Source: Parcubacteria group bacterium (GTDB lineage Bacteria > Patescibacteriota > Minisyncoccia > Phycocordibacterales > Zambryskibacteraceae). From it: 64,000 nucleotides of DNA. The notes beneath the pieces are model-generated. The model worked only from the letters and a program-made list of their open reading frames with translations. It did not search any database and was not told where the DNA came from. The stretch is from assembly GCA_028286565.1 (NCBI GenBank), contig JAQBRH010000002.1, positions 81,876-145,875 of the forward strand, given 5' to 3'. Positions 1 to 9,316 of the stretch are shown here, piece after piece; position 1 is the stretch's first letter; the number at the start of each line of letters is the position of its first letter. Position numbers and translations under genes: made by a program.

Positions 1-159
1 ACCCCGTTCATCAAAGGAGCAAGCGTCTCGGCTACCCTGAAGAAGATCAGCCGCTACAAAACGATCGACGTTATCAAATACAAACAAAAGTCCCGATACT
101 TCAAGAAGAACGGACATCGCCAGCCATACTTTGAAGTCACGATCGATTCGATAAAATAA
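1..159 (+). CDS. rplU: 50S ribosomal protein L21, 3' part (truncated by window edge)
   Basis: Frame 1 reads TPFIKGASVSATLKKISRYKTIDVIKYKQKSRYFKKNGHRQPYFEVTIDSIK*, containing the L21 GHRQ motif; not in the ORF track. Confidence 0.95.
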   Translation, partial: TPFIKGASVSATLKKISRYKTIDVIKYKQKSRYFKKNGHRQPYFEVTIDSIK

Positions 160-162
160 GCA

Positions 163-194
163 TAAAAAAAGAGCCTCGGAGAAATCCGGGGCTC
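163..194 (-). terminator. Intrinsic terminator of orphan 203..493
   Basis: Hairpin GAGCCTCGGA-GAAA-TCCGGGGCTC preceded by an A-run (U-tract on minus strand). Confidence 0.75.
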
Positions 195-202
195 GTGTGC
201 GT

Positions 203-493
203 TTAGGCCACCATAGCGAGATCGAGCTTTTCGACGAGGGTGCGGCACTTGAAGAGGGTCGCTCTCCAGTTGATGTGCCAGAGCCTTCTCATTTCGCCGA
301 TCTGCTCGGCGGTCAGGCCGGGTGTCTTGGCCCATTCTGTGTAGCGCCCCTCCCTCGCTTCGTTCTCCGCCCAGACGGATTTGAGCATAGTGCTGACCTG
401 AATGTAGGTAGCCCCGTCAATTTCGCCCGTGTGGAAGAGAAGTTCGACCTCCTCGTTAAGGTTTTCGTGGTCCTTAATGATCATGCTGCTCAC
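203..493 (-). CDS. Hypothetical protein (orphan cassette)
   Basis: 96 aa ORF with TATAAT and AGGAG upstream and its own terminator. Confidence 0.65.
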   Translation of the reverse strand: MSSMIIKDHENLNEEVELLFHTGEIDGATYIQVSTMLKSVWAENEAREGRYTEWAKTPGLTAEQIGEMRRLWHINWRATLFKCRTLVEKLDLAMVA

Positions 494-557
494 GCCTCTA
501 CTCTCCTAGGGGGGCAGATCTGTACATGTGCAAGCTCATCAGTATTATACCAGACTA

Positions 558-1160
558 TTATGTCCTATGCAAGAAAGCATTCTTGAGAGTGTCGGGATCA
601 GCGTATTCGAGTTCGGCCCCGGTTGAAAGTCCGCGCCCGAGGGTGGTGAAGGGGAGCCCTGTGTCTCTGAACTTCTCTTTGATGAATTCGGCGGTGTTCT
701 CGCCCTCGCTGTTCGCATTCATGGCGAGAATGATTTCTTTGATCGCATTCTTATCTCTAGTAATGCGGGATTCAAGGTCCTGCAGTCTGATCCTTTTCTC
801 CGGCTCCTTCTCAAGGATTGGGATAGAGCCTCCGAGGACAAAGTAGTAGCCCTTGAAGCTTCCGCTTCTCTCGACCGCTTCGAGGTCGATGTCTCGAGGC
901 ACGAGCATGAGCATCTCGCGGTCGCGGCTCGTGTCCGAGCAGATAGAGCATAGGGGGCCGCGGTGGCCGTTTTGAGCGAAAAATCTCTTGCAGTCCGCGC
1001 ACTGAGTGATCTCCTTTTTAATATTCTCGATGGCCCGGATGAGGTCAGATGAAAAGTTGTTGTTCCGCGAGAGCAAAAAATATACAAAACGCTTGGCCTG
1101 TCTGGGGCCAATGCCGGGGAAATGAGAAAAAATTTCTGTGAGGCGGTCTATCGAATTCAT
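558..1160 (-). CDS. recR: Recombination protein RecR
   Basis: HhH PGIGPRQA, C4 zinc finger, Toprim-like domain, GAELEYAD C-terminal motif. Confidence 0.97.
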   Translation of the reverse strand: MNSIDRLTEIFSHFPGIGPRQAKRFVYFLLSRNNNFSSDLIRAIENIKKEITQCADCKRFFAQNGHRGPLCSICSDTSRDREMLMLVPRDIDLEAVERSGSFKGYYFVLGGSIPILEKEPEKRIRLQDLESRITRDKNAIKEIILAMNANSEGENTAEFIKEKFRDTGLPFTTLGRGLSTGAELEYADPDTLKNAFLHRT

Positions 1161-1163
1161 AGG

Positions 1164-2588
1164 CTAAAAGTTCGTGAACTCCTGTTCTGACTTGCCGTAG
1201 TTCGCATAGTCGATCTCCACAAAGACGCCTTTCCTGGTATGGAAATCGAGGTTCACTTCGCCGAGAGGGCCGTTTCGGTGCTTGGCGATAATGACCTGCT
1301 TTCGCTGGATCTCCTTGGTGCGTCCCGTCTCATCGCGGAGATCCTCGTTTTCCGCATGGATGAACATCACAAGGTCGGCGTCTTGTTCGATCGAGCCCGA
1401 GTCTCGGAGGTCCGACAATTTCGGCTTGCCTCCGCGCTTCTCGACTTCTCGAGAGAGCTGAGAGAGGGCGAGGACGGGGATGTCGAGTTCGCGGGCGAGG
1501 TGCTTCAATGATCGCGAGATCTCGGTCACTTGCTGAACGAGGGAGTCTGATTGCTTGGTGTTCGTCGGAGCCATGAGCTGCAAGTAGTCGACGATGAGCA
1601 TCTTCAGTCCTTTCTCGATCTTCAGTTTTCGCGCAGCCGAGCGCATTTTCAGGATGGTATTGCCCGCCTGGTCATCGATATATATAGGAGTGCGAGAAAG
1701 GTCGTCGAGGGCGTCTCGGATGCTCTTGAAGACGTCATCCCTCCATGTGCCCGCTTGGGTGCGGACTCCTTTTCGGATGATGGAGGCATCGGTGCCGGAT
1801 TGAGCGGCGACGATACGGTCGACGAGCTGGTCGGCGGACATTTCCAAAGAGAAGATGCCGACCGGGGTCTGGTGTTCGCTCGCGGTCCTGCGGGCGATGT
1901 CGAGAGCGAGGGCGGTCTTACCGACCGAAGGTCTCGCGGCAAGGATGATGAGGTCGGAGCGCTGGAATCCTCCGAGGATGTCGTCGAGAGCCTTGAATCC
2001 GGTCGGGACTCCGCGAAGTTCGTGCTCGGCGGATGAGAGCTTTTCGAATCGATCGTACGCCTCCATAAGGAGAGGCTTCAGATCCTTGAAGCGGTCGCCG
2101 GTCGAGAAGTGCTGGGTGATGTCGAAGACTTTCTTCTCCGCCTGGTCGAGGATCTCTTCGAGTTCGCCCGCCTCGTCGAATCCGAGGTGAGAGAGATGCT
2201 CGGAAGCTTCGATCAGCTGCCTCATCATGTATTTCTTCATGACGATCTCCGCATAATGCTTGACGTTCGCGGATGACGGCACCATCGAGGTCAGCTCGGA
2301 GAGGAATGTCTTGCCTCCGATGCGCTCCAAAAGCTCCTTTTCGGAAAGGCGCGAGGACATGGAGAGGAAGTCGATCGGCTGATGCTTGCCGAAAAGTTCG
2401 AGCATGGTCTCGAAGACGACGCGGTTCTTTTCAAAATAGAAAGAGGCCGGAGAAACGATGTCCATGATCTCGTAGATCGAGTCCGGACGGAGCATGACGG
2501 AGCCGAGGAGCGCCATCTCCGCCTCCAAGGATTGCGGAGGAATTCGGAGAGCTTTCTTGTCTATATCGGAGAGCGTCTTGTATGCCAT
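1164..2588 (-). CDS. dnaB: Replicative DNA helicase DnaB
   Basis: PPQSLEAE, AARPSVGKT Walker A, VDYLQLM, LSQLSR, LRDSGSIEQDAD; start placed at ATG 2588, 6 nt after TATCAT. Confidence 0.97.
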   Translation of the reverse strand: MAYKTLSDIDKKALRIPPQSLEAEMALLGSVMLRPDSIYEIMDIVSPASFYFEKNRVVFETMLELFGKHQPIDFLSMSSRLSEKELLERIGGKTFLSELTSMVPSSANVKHYAEIVMKKYMMRQLIEASEHLSHLGFDEAGELEEILDQAEKKVFDITQHFSTGDRFKDLKPLLMEAYDRFEKLSSAEHELRGVPTGFKALDDILGGFQRSDLIILAARPSVGKTALALDIARRTASEHQTPVGIFSLEMSADQLVDRIVAAQSGTDASIIRKGVRTQAGTWRDDVFKSIRDALDDLSRTPIYIDDQAGNTILKMRSAARKLKIEKGLKMLIVDYLQLMAPTNTKQSDSLVQQVTEISRSLKHLARELDIPVLALSQLSREVEKRGGKPKLSDLRDSGSIEQDADLVMFIHAENEDLRDETGRTKEIQRKQVIIAKHRNGPLGEVNLDFHTRKGVFVEIDYANYGKSEQEFTNF

Positions 2589-2635
2589 AGGCACATGATA
2601 CTCCCATGACTCTATGCGGGCCAAGTTGAAATCTT

Positions 2636-2655
2636 CGGGTATAAGTTGTGTACAA
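2636..2655 (-). promoter_or_regulatory. Two tandem DnaA-box-like 9-mers upstream of the dnaB promoter
   Basis: Minus strand TTGTACACA-ac-TTATACCCG versus consensus TT(A/T)TNCACA. Confidence 0.4.
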
Positions 2656-2663
2656 CGAAAGGC

Positions 2664-4055
2664 CTATATTTTCTCAAGTTCCTGGCCGTTCTCGGTGTCT
2701 TTGAGGTTGTAGCCGAGAGCTTCGATCCTGACCCGGATCTCGTCCGCCTTGGAAAAGTTCTTGGCCATTCGGGCCGCTTCGCGATCTCGCAGGAGATCAT
2801 TTACCGCTCTTGATACGTGCGTTACTTCATATTCATTTTCAGATAGCTTTAATCCGAGCACTCGGTCAAAGTCGAGGAGGGTGGCATGGGCGTCGGGGTA
2901 TGAAAGACCGTCTCCGGCTGACTTGCCGAGTTTCCAGACGACAGCCAGAGCTTCGGGAGTATTGCAATCATTCTCGATCGCTTCAAGGAATTCTTGTTTG
3001 TAGGCTTTGTTCACCGATCCTTCCTTTCCGTCGGATTCCTTTTTGAACATCTGCATGAGGGTCTTCAGTCTCTTGTACGCGTTCTCCGCGGATTCGAGCG
3101 CTTCCCAAGAGAAATTCGTCGGCGTCCGATAGTGCGCTGTGAGGAGGAAATATCGATAGGCGAGGGGAGAGAAGCCTTTTTCTTCGATCGAACGCATGGT
3201 GATGAAGTTGCCTTCGGATTTGGCCATCTTGGCTTCTCCGACGTTCACGAACTCATTGTGCATCCAATAATTCGCGTACGCGCATCCGCAAGCCGCCTCG
3301 GATTGGGCGATCTCGTTGTTGTGATGAATGGGGGCGAGGTCGACGCCTCCCGTATGAATATCGAACGGCTGGCCGAGGTATTTTGTGGACATGACCGAGC
3401 ACTCGATGTGCCAGCCGGGGAAGCCTTGGCCCCACGGGGAGGGATAGCCGAGCGAGGTATTGAATTTCCAAAGCGCAAAGTCTTTCTGGTTCCGTTTTTC
3501 TTCGTTCGTGCCGATGCGTGATGCGCCGTCCCCTTGGACGATGCCTCCGAGCTTGCCGTAGTTCGGAGTTCTCGAAGTATCAAAATAGACGGCATTCGAA
3601 GTTGTGTAGGCAAAGCCTTTGCTCTCGAGTTCCTGTATGAGGCGGATGTCATCCTCGATGTGCTGTGAGGCTCGGGGCAATACATGCGGAGAGAGAAAGT
3701 TCATTTTCACCGTATCCCCGATGAACTTCTCCGTATAAAATTCGGTGAGCTCCTTCATGTTTTCGAGCGTCACCTCTTTGCCTTCTCTCTTCAATCCACG
3801 GATTATCCTGTCCTCGCCTTCGTCGTTGTCTCCTCCGATGCCCACATCAGTGATGTTCATCACCTGCTTCACTTCATATCCTTCGAATTCAAACATTCGG
3901 CGCAGAAGATCGGCCATATAAAAAGAGCGGAGGTTCCCGATATGGACATAGTCGTAGACCGTCGGGCCGCAGTGGTACATGGACACCTTGCCCTTTTCCA
4001 AGGGCTGGAAGGTCTGGAGCTCGAGGCCCAGGGTGTTATAGAGTCTAATGGCCAT
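2664..4055 (-). CDS. cysS: Cysteine--tRNA ligase
   Basis: CGPTVYD, HIGN, DFALWK, PGWHIECS, KMAKS motifs. Confidence 0.97.
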   Translation of the reverse strand: MAIRLYNTLGLELQTFQPLEKGKVSMYHCGPTVYDYVHIGNLRSFYMADLLRRMFEFEGYEVKQVMNITDVGIGGDNDEGEDRIIRGLKREGKEVTLENMKELTEFYTEKFIGDTVKMNFLSPHVLPRASQHIEDDIRLIQELESKGFAYTTSNAVYFDTSRTPNYGKLGGIVQGDGASRIGTNEEKRNQKDFALWKFNTSLGYPSPWGQGFPGWHIECSVMSTKYLGQPFDIHTGGVDLAPIHHNNEIAQSEAACGCAYANYWMHNEFVNVGEAKMAKSEGNFITMRSIEEKGFSPLAYRYFLLTAHYRTPTNFSWEALESAENAYKRLKTLMQMFKKESDGKEGSVNKAYKQEFLEAIENDCNTPEALAVVWKLGKSAGDGLSYPDAHATLLDFDRVLGLKLSENEYEVTHVSRAVNDLLRDREAARMAKNFSKADEIRVRIEALGYNLKDTENGQELEKI

Positions 4056-4827
4056 TGAGTGCGAGGTAGATAAGGGCTCCGCCGATTATGACGTCGGAGA
4101 TGAAGGTAAGGACGGTGAGGACCTTCATGGTCTCGTTTTGCTTGATGCCGAGGAGGGCGCTGTTCGTTTCCCGGAGCTCGCTCGCCCATTCGGAGAGGAC
4201 GGCCAATTTGGTCGATGCTTTGTTCGAGCGCTCGCTGAGGGCGCTTGTACCCAGGGCGAATTTCTTGCCGAAGATCTTCTCACCGCCTTTTTTGAGCGAC
4301 TCGAAGGTATCAGGATAGACTGCGGTGATCTTTTTGAAATCTGTGAGGTGCCTCGAAGCTTCGGAGAGGGCGAAGATCGCTTCCTTTTCCTTGCCGGAGA
4401 ACATTTTCTTCTCGATGTCGCGGACCCAGTGGTCGATCGATGACAGCTTGCGCTCAAAGTTCTCGAGGAGCTTGCCGAGGATGGTGAAGAACAATTCCTT
4501 CTCGCTCTCGCTGTCGTTCTCGATCTCTATCTTGTCGAATACGTCGACGTGCCCGTAATGCGCGGTGATGATGGTCGAAGCGGTGATCAGGAAGTCAACT
4601 TCGAAGGCCGCATCGCCGTCGCGTGATTCCTTGAACGAAGGGAAGTGGAGGACGAGGTAGGCGTGGTTCTCGCCGAATTCGATCTTGTGCTTGGAAGTGG
4701 GGGAGAGGAGGTCCTCGGCCGTCTCGATGGGGACTCCCGCTTCTTCGGCCGCTTGGCGCACTTCTTCTTCTGTCGGAGACTCAAGATCGATCCATGTCGC
4801 GCCCTTTGAAGATTTTTTCTTTAGCAT
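4045..4827 (-). CDS. CorA-family divalent cation transporter-like protein, C-terminally short
   Basis: TWIDLESPTEEE and NETMKVLTV motifs; one TM helix only and no GMN; ATG 4827 is 6 nt after TATAAT. Confidence 0.75.
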   Translation of the reverse strand: MLKKKSSKGATWIDLESPTEEEVRQAAEEAGVPIETAEDLLSPTSKHKIEFGENHAYLVLHFPSFKESRDGDAAFEVDFLITASTIITAHYGHVDVFDKIEIENDSESEKELFFTILGKLLENFERKLSSIDHWVRDIEKKMFSGKEKEAIFALSEASRHLTDFKKITAVYPDTFESLKKGGEKIFGKKFALGTSALSERSNKASTKLAVLSEWASELRETNSALLGIKQNETMKVLTVLTFISDVIIGGALIYLALNGH

Positions 4828-4882
4828 GCAAATATTATACACGCACTTGTTCTGTTGACCATTAGGGTTTGTCGGTGAGATA

Positions 4883-6118
4883 ATGGATGAAATGGACCTC
4901 AAAAAGCCCGGAGCTCAGAAATTTGTCATCGCTCTCGTGGCGGTTATTTTGTTCGGAGCCGGATACAACCTGGGCAAGTCCCGAGCGGTGGCCACTGTTC
5001 CTGTCGGTTCGGTGATGAACGTGACTGCCGGCCAGCCGACCGGAGTCGACTTCGCGCCTTTTTGGAAAGCTTGGAATGCATTGAACGACAAGTATGTGGC
5101 GACGGGCACTTCGACGAAGCCTGTAACGCAAGAGGACAAAGTGTGGGGAGCGATCGAAGGGCTGACCTCATCGCTCGGCGATCCGTACACGGTTTTCTTT
5201 CCTCCCAAGCAGGCTGAACTTTTCGCTTCCGATATTCGCGGGAACTTTGAAGGTGTGGGCATGGAAGTGGTGGCACAGGACGGAGCCTTGACTGTCATTG
5301 CTCCGATCAAGGGGAGCCCCGCAGAAAAGGCCGGCATCTTGCCTCGAGACCGAGTATTGAAGATCGATGATCATCAGACCGCCGGGCTCTCGACCGATGA
5401 AGCGGTCGATTATATCCGCGGACCGAAGGGAAGCGTGGTCACCTTTACTATTGCCCGTCCCGGCCGCAAGGAAGCCTTTGATGTCAAAGTCACTCGAGAC
5501 ACGATCGACATCCCGACGATCGATACAAAGGACCTCGGGAACGGCATCTTCAAGATCGACCTCTACAGCTTCTCCGCCACTTCGCCGAACCTTTTCCGCG
5601 GCGCTCTCAGGCAATTCGTCGAATCGGGCGATGCCAAGCTCATCCTTGATCTTCGAGGCAACCCGGGCGGCTACCTCGACGCGGCTATAGACATGGCGAG
5701 CTGGTTCCTCCCGTCGGGCAAGGTGATCGTCCGCGAAAGCTTCGGCGACGGGAAGGATGAGACGGTCTACAGGTCCAAAGGCTACAATGTCTTTAATAAT
5801 AATTTGAAATTCGCCATTCTCGTCGACCAAGGCTCGGCTTCCGCCGCAGAGATACTCGCCGGGGCGCTGTCCGAACAAGGCGTAGCCACGCTCGTCGGAG
5901 AGAAAACCTTCGGCAAGGGTTCGGTCCAGGAGCTCGTGGAGATCACTCCTACCACGTCGCTCAAGGTTACGGTCGCCAGATGGCTGACGCCAAATGGCCT
6001 TTCCATTTCTAAACAAGGCATCGTGCCTCAAGTGACTGTGTCTCGATCCGAAGCGGACCTTAAGGCCGGGCGCGACCCTCAGCTCGATAAGGCGATTGAA
6101 GTGGTAAATAAGAAATAA
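4883..6118 (+). CDS. ctpA: Carboxyl-terminal processing protease (S41, PDZ domain)
   Basis: DPYT, PDZ, LDLRGNPGG, SASAAE, TFGKGSVQ. Confidence 0.93.
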   Translation: MDEMDLKKPGAQKFVIALVAVILFGAGYNLGKSRAVATVPVGSVMNVTAGQPTGVDFAPFWKAWNALNDKYVATGTSTKPVTQEDKVWGAIEGLTSSLGDPYTVFFPPKQAELFASDIRGNFEGVGMEVVAQDGALTVIAPIKGSPAEKAGILPRDRVLKIDDHQTAGLSTDEAVDYIRGPKGSVVTFTIARPGRKEAFDVKVTRDTIDIPTIDTKDLGNGIFKIDLYSFSATSPNLFRGALRQFVESGDAKLILDLRGNPGGYLDAAIDMASWFLPSGKVIVRESFGDGKDETVYRSKGYNVFNNNLKFAILVDQGSASAAEILAGALSEQGVATLVGEKTFGKGSVQELVEITPTTSLKVTVARWLTPNGLSISKQGIVPQVTVSRSEADLKAGRDPQLDKAIEVVNKK

Positions 6119-6140
6119 AAAAGCGCGACGTTTGTCGCGC
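6117..6140 (-). terminator. Intrinsic terminator of orphan 6157..6645
   Basis: GCGCGAC-GTTT-GTCGCGC hairpin after an A-run. Confidence 0.65.
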
Positions 6141-6156
6141 GATTGACTTTCGACAC

Positions 6157-6645
6157 TTACCCTCGTTCTATCCTATTCAGGCCGGAAACATGAACACTCC
6201 CAAGTGTTGGGAAGGCGAGTTTCGCCTCTCCTTCGAAATCTTCGAGCCATCTTGTGCTGGTCGTCAGAAGCGTAATTTTCGTAACTCCGCTTCCGAGAGC
6301 TTGGGCCCGAGTGATTCGTAGAAAGATACACGAATCACCATGGAGGTTGAAATATTCCATGTACCTGGCTAGAACCGCCTGGGCCGCTTCGTTGCGCAGC
6401 AACTGACCCGATAGATCAGCGAGGCAGGCAGCAAAGATGTCCTGAGAAGATACCTCGCTTGCCCAGTAAGCGCTGTGGGTCTCGCTCGCGGCAAAGGTCC
6501 CGTCTGTTTTGTCGCTCATCAAACTGGGAGGAGAAGGGACTTGCTGATACAGCGCGTCGATCTTACGCGCCATGCGGGTATCCTCCTCTTCGTTTTTGAG
6601 AAAAGGCAGAAGTTCGGAATAAAAAGCGAGAATCGGATTGTCCAC
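6157..6645 (-). CDS. Hypothetical protein (orphan cassette)
   Basis: Fills the ctpA-rplI gap; GTG 6645 preceded by AGGAG (ORF open to 6681); TTGACA upstream. Confidence 0.6.
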   Translation of the reverse strand: MDNPILAFYSELLPFLKNEEEDTRMARKIDALYQQVPSPPSLMSDKTDGTFAASETHSAYWASEVSSQDIFAACLADLSGQLLRNEAAQAVLARYMEYFNLHGDSCIFLRITRAQALGSGVTKITLLTTSTRWLEDFEGEAKLAFPTLGSVHVSGLNRIERG

Positions 6646-6770
6646 AGTGTCTCCTAGGCAAGTATAGGCACGCCTGGCCATATGGGTAGAACAGATGAAA
6701 AGAACAACTTCTTCATATTGCTATCTTTAATTCGCTTTGTCAAACAACCCTCATCTGCTATACTCTTCGC

Positions 6771-7214
6771 ATGAAAGTAATACTTCTAAAGGATATTAAA
6801 GGCCTCGGGCGCAGGTATGAGGAGAAGAATGTCTCGGACGGGCACGCCATTAACTTTCTCATTCCCAAGAAACTCGCCGCGCCTGCAACGGGCGCCGTGG
6901 CCGGGCAGATCAAATCCTTGAAGGAGAGCGAGCAGAAACATAAAGAAGCGGACCAGAGCAAGCTCCGCGCTCATATGCAGACCCTCGCCGGGACCGAGGT
7001 GGTGGTTATCACCAAAGCGAACGAAAAGAACCACCTCTTCGCCGCTCTCACTCCGGAAAAGCTCTCCGAAATTTTAATGAAAGAAAAAGGCATCGAACTC
7101 GACCCAGACTGCATCGAAACAGATCCGATCAAGGAACTCGGGACATTCAACATCCGGGTCCGGGTGGAAAATGAAAAAGAAACCCACTTCACGCTCATCG
7201 TAAAGACAAAATAA
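6771..7214 (+). CDS. rplI: 50S ribosomal protein L9
   Basis: MKVILLKDIKGLG...VSDGHAINFLIPKKLA; PIKELG. Confidence 0.96.
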   Translation: MKVILLKDIKGLGRRYEEKNVSDGHAINFLIPKKLAAPATGAVAGQIKSLKESEQKHKEADQSKLRAHMQTLAGTEVVVITKANEKNHLFAALTPEKLSEILMKEKGIELDPDCIETDPIKELGTFNIRVRVENEKETHFTLIVKTK

Positions 7215-7242
7215 AATCACCCCGATCGGGGTGATTTTATTT
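7209..7242. terminator. Bidirectional terminator (perfect 34-bp palindrome) between convergent rplI and rpmA
   Basis: AAATAAAATCACCCCGA|TCGGGGTGATTTTATTT. Confidence 0.85.
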
Positions 7243-7525
7243 ATGCCGCTTTGGGGACGACGTGCATCACTTTCTTCAGCTTGACCGAGTTGTCGAAATG
7301 GATCTTTCGCTTGTATGAGAGGGTGACTTCTCCGTCCAAAAGAGCAAAGAGGGTATGATCCTTGCCTATGCCGACGTTCTTACCCGGAAGGGTCTCGGTT
7401 CCGCGCTGGCGGAGGAGGATAGCTCCGGTCTTTGCGAACTGGCCGGGCGCGAGCTTAATGCCCAAATATTTTGGATTGGAATCTCGCCCGTTTTTAGTTG
7501 TTCCGGCTGACTTTTTATGTGCCAT
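7241..7525 (-). CDS. rpmA: 50S ribosomal protein L27
   Basis: [16 protein letters not shown]...RQRGT...GKDHTLFA. Confidence 0.97.
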   Translation of the reverse strand: MAHKKSAGTTKNGRDSNPKYLGIKLAPGQFAKTGAILLRQRGTETLPGKNVGIGKDHTLFALLDGEVTLSYKRKIHFDNSVKLKKVMHVVPKAA

Positions 7526-7545
7526 GAATGTGTATAATTAGCCGT

Positions 7546-7986
7546 ATGAGTATACAAGAAGCCCCGGAAATTATCAAGTATACGGAGGACGGCCATATAG
7601 AGCGCTTTTCTTGGGCAAAACGAGCCTTTGTACCCCTCCTTATTATCCTGATAGCCGTTCTTGGGTTCGGGGTAGGGCGCCTGACCGCTCCGGCTCGCTC
7701 TTCCGGCCTCAAAGTCGAATTCGATCCATCTGTAGAGTTATCCACAGTCCAAGGACCCGCCTTGGACAATGCGGCGGCGGTCGGAGCTTCGGTACTGAAA
7801 GCGGCTACCTCTCTCGCTCCCTCTGTTCTTAAGGCGGGAGGTCAGGTTTTTGCTTCAAGCAAAGGCAAGAAGTATTACTATCCGGGCTGCAAGAATACGA
7901 TCTCCGAGAAAAATAAGGTTTTCTTTGCCACACCTGCCATGGCCGAGTCTGCGGGGTATACTATAGCGGCTAATTGCAAACCATGA
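7546..7986 (+). CDS. Membrane-anchored protein with C-terminal Ada-like metal-binding domain
   Basis: One TM helix, then ASSKGKKYYYPGC...ISEKNKVFF...AESAGY..C. Confidence 0.75.
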   Translation: MSIQEAPEIIKYTEDGHIERFSWAKRAFVPLLIILIAVLGFGVGRLTAPARSSGLKVEFDPSVELSTVQGPALDNAAAVGASVLKAATSLAPSVLKAGGQVFASSKGKKYYYPGCKNTISEKNKVFFATPAMAESAGYTIAANCKP

Positions 7987-8573
7987 TCCTCCTCGATGTA
8001 GAGACGACCGGGACTGACCCGCTTAAGCATTCGCTTGTATCCATTGCGGCGCTTGATTTTGATGATCCGGAAGAACGGTTCTTTGAGGAATGCCGGATCT
8101 GGGAAGGGGCGGAGATAGATGAGAAGGCTCTCGAGATAAACGGCTTATCTCCAGAAGAGCTTGTGTCCGAGGAAAGGAAGACCGAAGCCGATGCGGTGCA
8201 GAATTTTATTGATTGGGTGAACGAAAGGAGAGACACGACGATCGGAGGACAGAATCCGCTCTTTGATGTCTCCTTCATCCGGAGCGCAGCCGAGAGGGCG
8301 GGGAAGACCTCGCCTCTTTTTCACCGAACGGTCGACATGCACACTCTCGCTTGGGCCCACATGCAAAAGCGCGGACTTCTCCCTCATGTGGACGAGAAGA
8401 AATACAGCGCTCTCGGCTCGGACGCCATCATGAAATACGTTGGACTTCCGCCCGAACCAAAACCTCATGTCGGATTGAACAGCCCTATTTGGGAATGTGA
8501 AGCCATCCATCGCTTGGTGTTCGGCAAGCCGAAGCTCGAAGAATTCGAAAAGTACCCAATTCCTTGGCTATAG
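7983..8573 (+). CDS. DEDD-family 3'-5' exonuclease (DnaQ/RNase T-like)
   Basis: LLDVETTG (ExoI), GQNPLFD (ExoII); ATGA overlap with upstream gene. Confidence 0.85.
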   Translation: MILLDVETTGTDPLKHSLVSIAALDFDDPEERFFEECRIWEGAEIDEKALEINGLSPEELVSEERKTEADAVQNFIDWVNERRDTTIGGQNPLFDVSFIRSAAERAGKTSPLFHRTVDMHTLAWAHMQKRGLLPHVDEKKYSALGSDAIMKYVGLPPEPKPHVGLNSPIWECEAIHRLVFGKPKLEEFEKYPIPWL

Positions 8574-8660
8574 TGTTTTTAGGTGAAAATGCCGCAGCCC
8601 AAGCTCATAAAAAAATGGCTTTGCATAGCCACGGATAGGGGATTTGAGCGTCCAAAAAGC

Positions 8661-8689
8661 TTGACTTTTCGGTCCGGAGGTGATAAGCT
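8661..8689 (+). promoter_or_regulatory. Sigma70 promoter
   Basis: TTGACT-17 nt-TAAGCT with TG extended -10. Confidence 0.7.
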
Positions 8690-8775
8690 ACTAGGGAATC
8701 AGCACAGGGCTGATTTTTCATTTGGGGGAGTGATTCAGTCAATGCGTCCCAAGGTTAAAAGTTTATCTTACAGTT

Positions 8776-9276
8776 ATTTTACAGCTTACGACCCTTAGTC
8801 TTCTCTTCAGTCTCTCGTCTTCGGCTGCAGCAGTTCTCCCCGCGGTACTTCCTACCCAAACGGTAGGTCCCAAGGTCGAGACTGCACTTGAGATACAACA
8901 GCCCTCGACCAAAGGCATAGAAGCCAAAGACTACGCGCCGATCACTGATTCGAAAAACGTTAAACGTTTCGTCACTGATTACTTTGCAGATACTCCCATC
9001 CTCGCGCACATCGCCGCTTGTGAATCCCACAACCGACAGTATGCGAAGGACGGTTCCGTCCTCCGAGGAGAACAGAACTCGTTCGATGTCGGAGTGATGC
9101 AGATCAACGAGAACTACCACCTCGAGGATTCAAAGAAGCTCGGATACAACATCTATACTATCGAAGGTAACGTCGCCTACGCGAAGTACATCTACGACAA
9201 GTCAGGTGCCAAGCCTTGGATGTCCTCATCACCTTGTTGGGCAAAATACACAGAGAAGGAGATCGCTCGGAAATAA
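8776..9276 (+). CDS. Secreted lysozyme/lytic-transglycosylase-like protein, probable ATT start
   Basis: Frame open from 8734 with no ATG/GTG/TTG until 9094; reads ILQLTTLSLLFSLSS (signal-like)...YFADTPILAHIAACESHNRQ...DVGVMQIN...GAKPW..S..CW. Confidence 0.75.
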   Translation: MLQLTTLSLLFSLSSSAAAVLPAVLPTQTVGPKVETALEIQQPSTKGIEAKDYAPITDSKNVKRFVTDYFADTPILAHIAACESHNRQYAKDGSVLRGEQNSFDVGVMQINENYHLEDSKKLGYNIYTIEGNVAYAKYIYDKSGAKPWMSSSPCWAKYTEKEIARK

Positions 9277-9283
9277 TCTCATC

Positions 9284-9309
9284 AAAGCCCCGCCACAAGC
9301 GGGGTTTTT
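9284..9309 (+). terminator. Intrinsic terminator
   Basis: AAAGCCCCGC-CACAA-GCGGGGTTTTT. Confidence 0.8.
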
Positions 9310-9316
9310 GATTGGA

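Noticed and set aside
7209-7242. Perfect 34-bp palindrome as a mobile-element end or operator
   Set aside because: Single copy exactly between convergent rplI and rpmA with U-tracts both ways; explained as a bidirectional terminator
8690-8760. c-di-AMP (ydaO) or other known riboswitch ahead of the transglycosylase-like gene
   Set aside because: Too short and I could not match the conserved segments by eye; kept only as an unassigned structured leader
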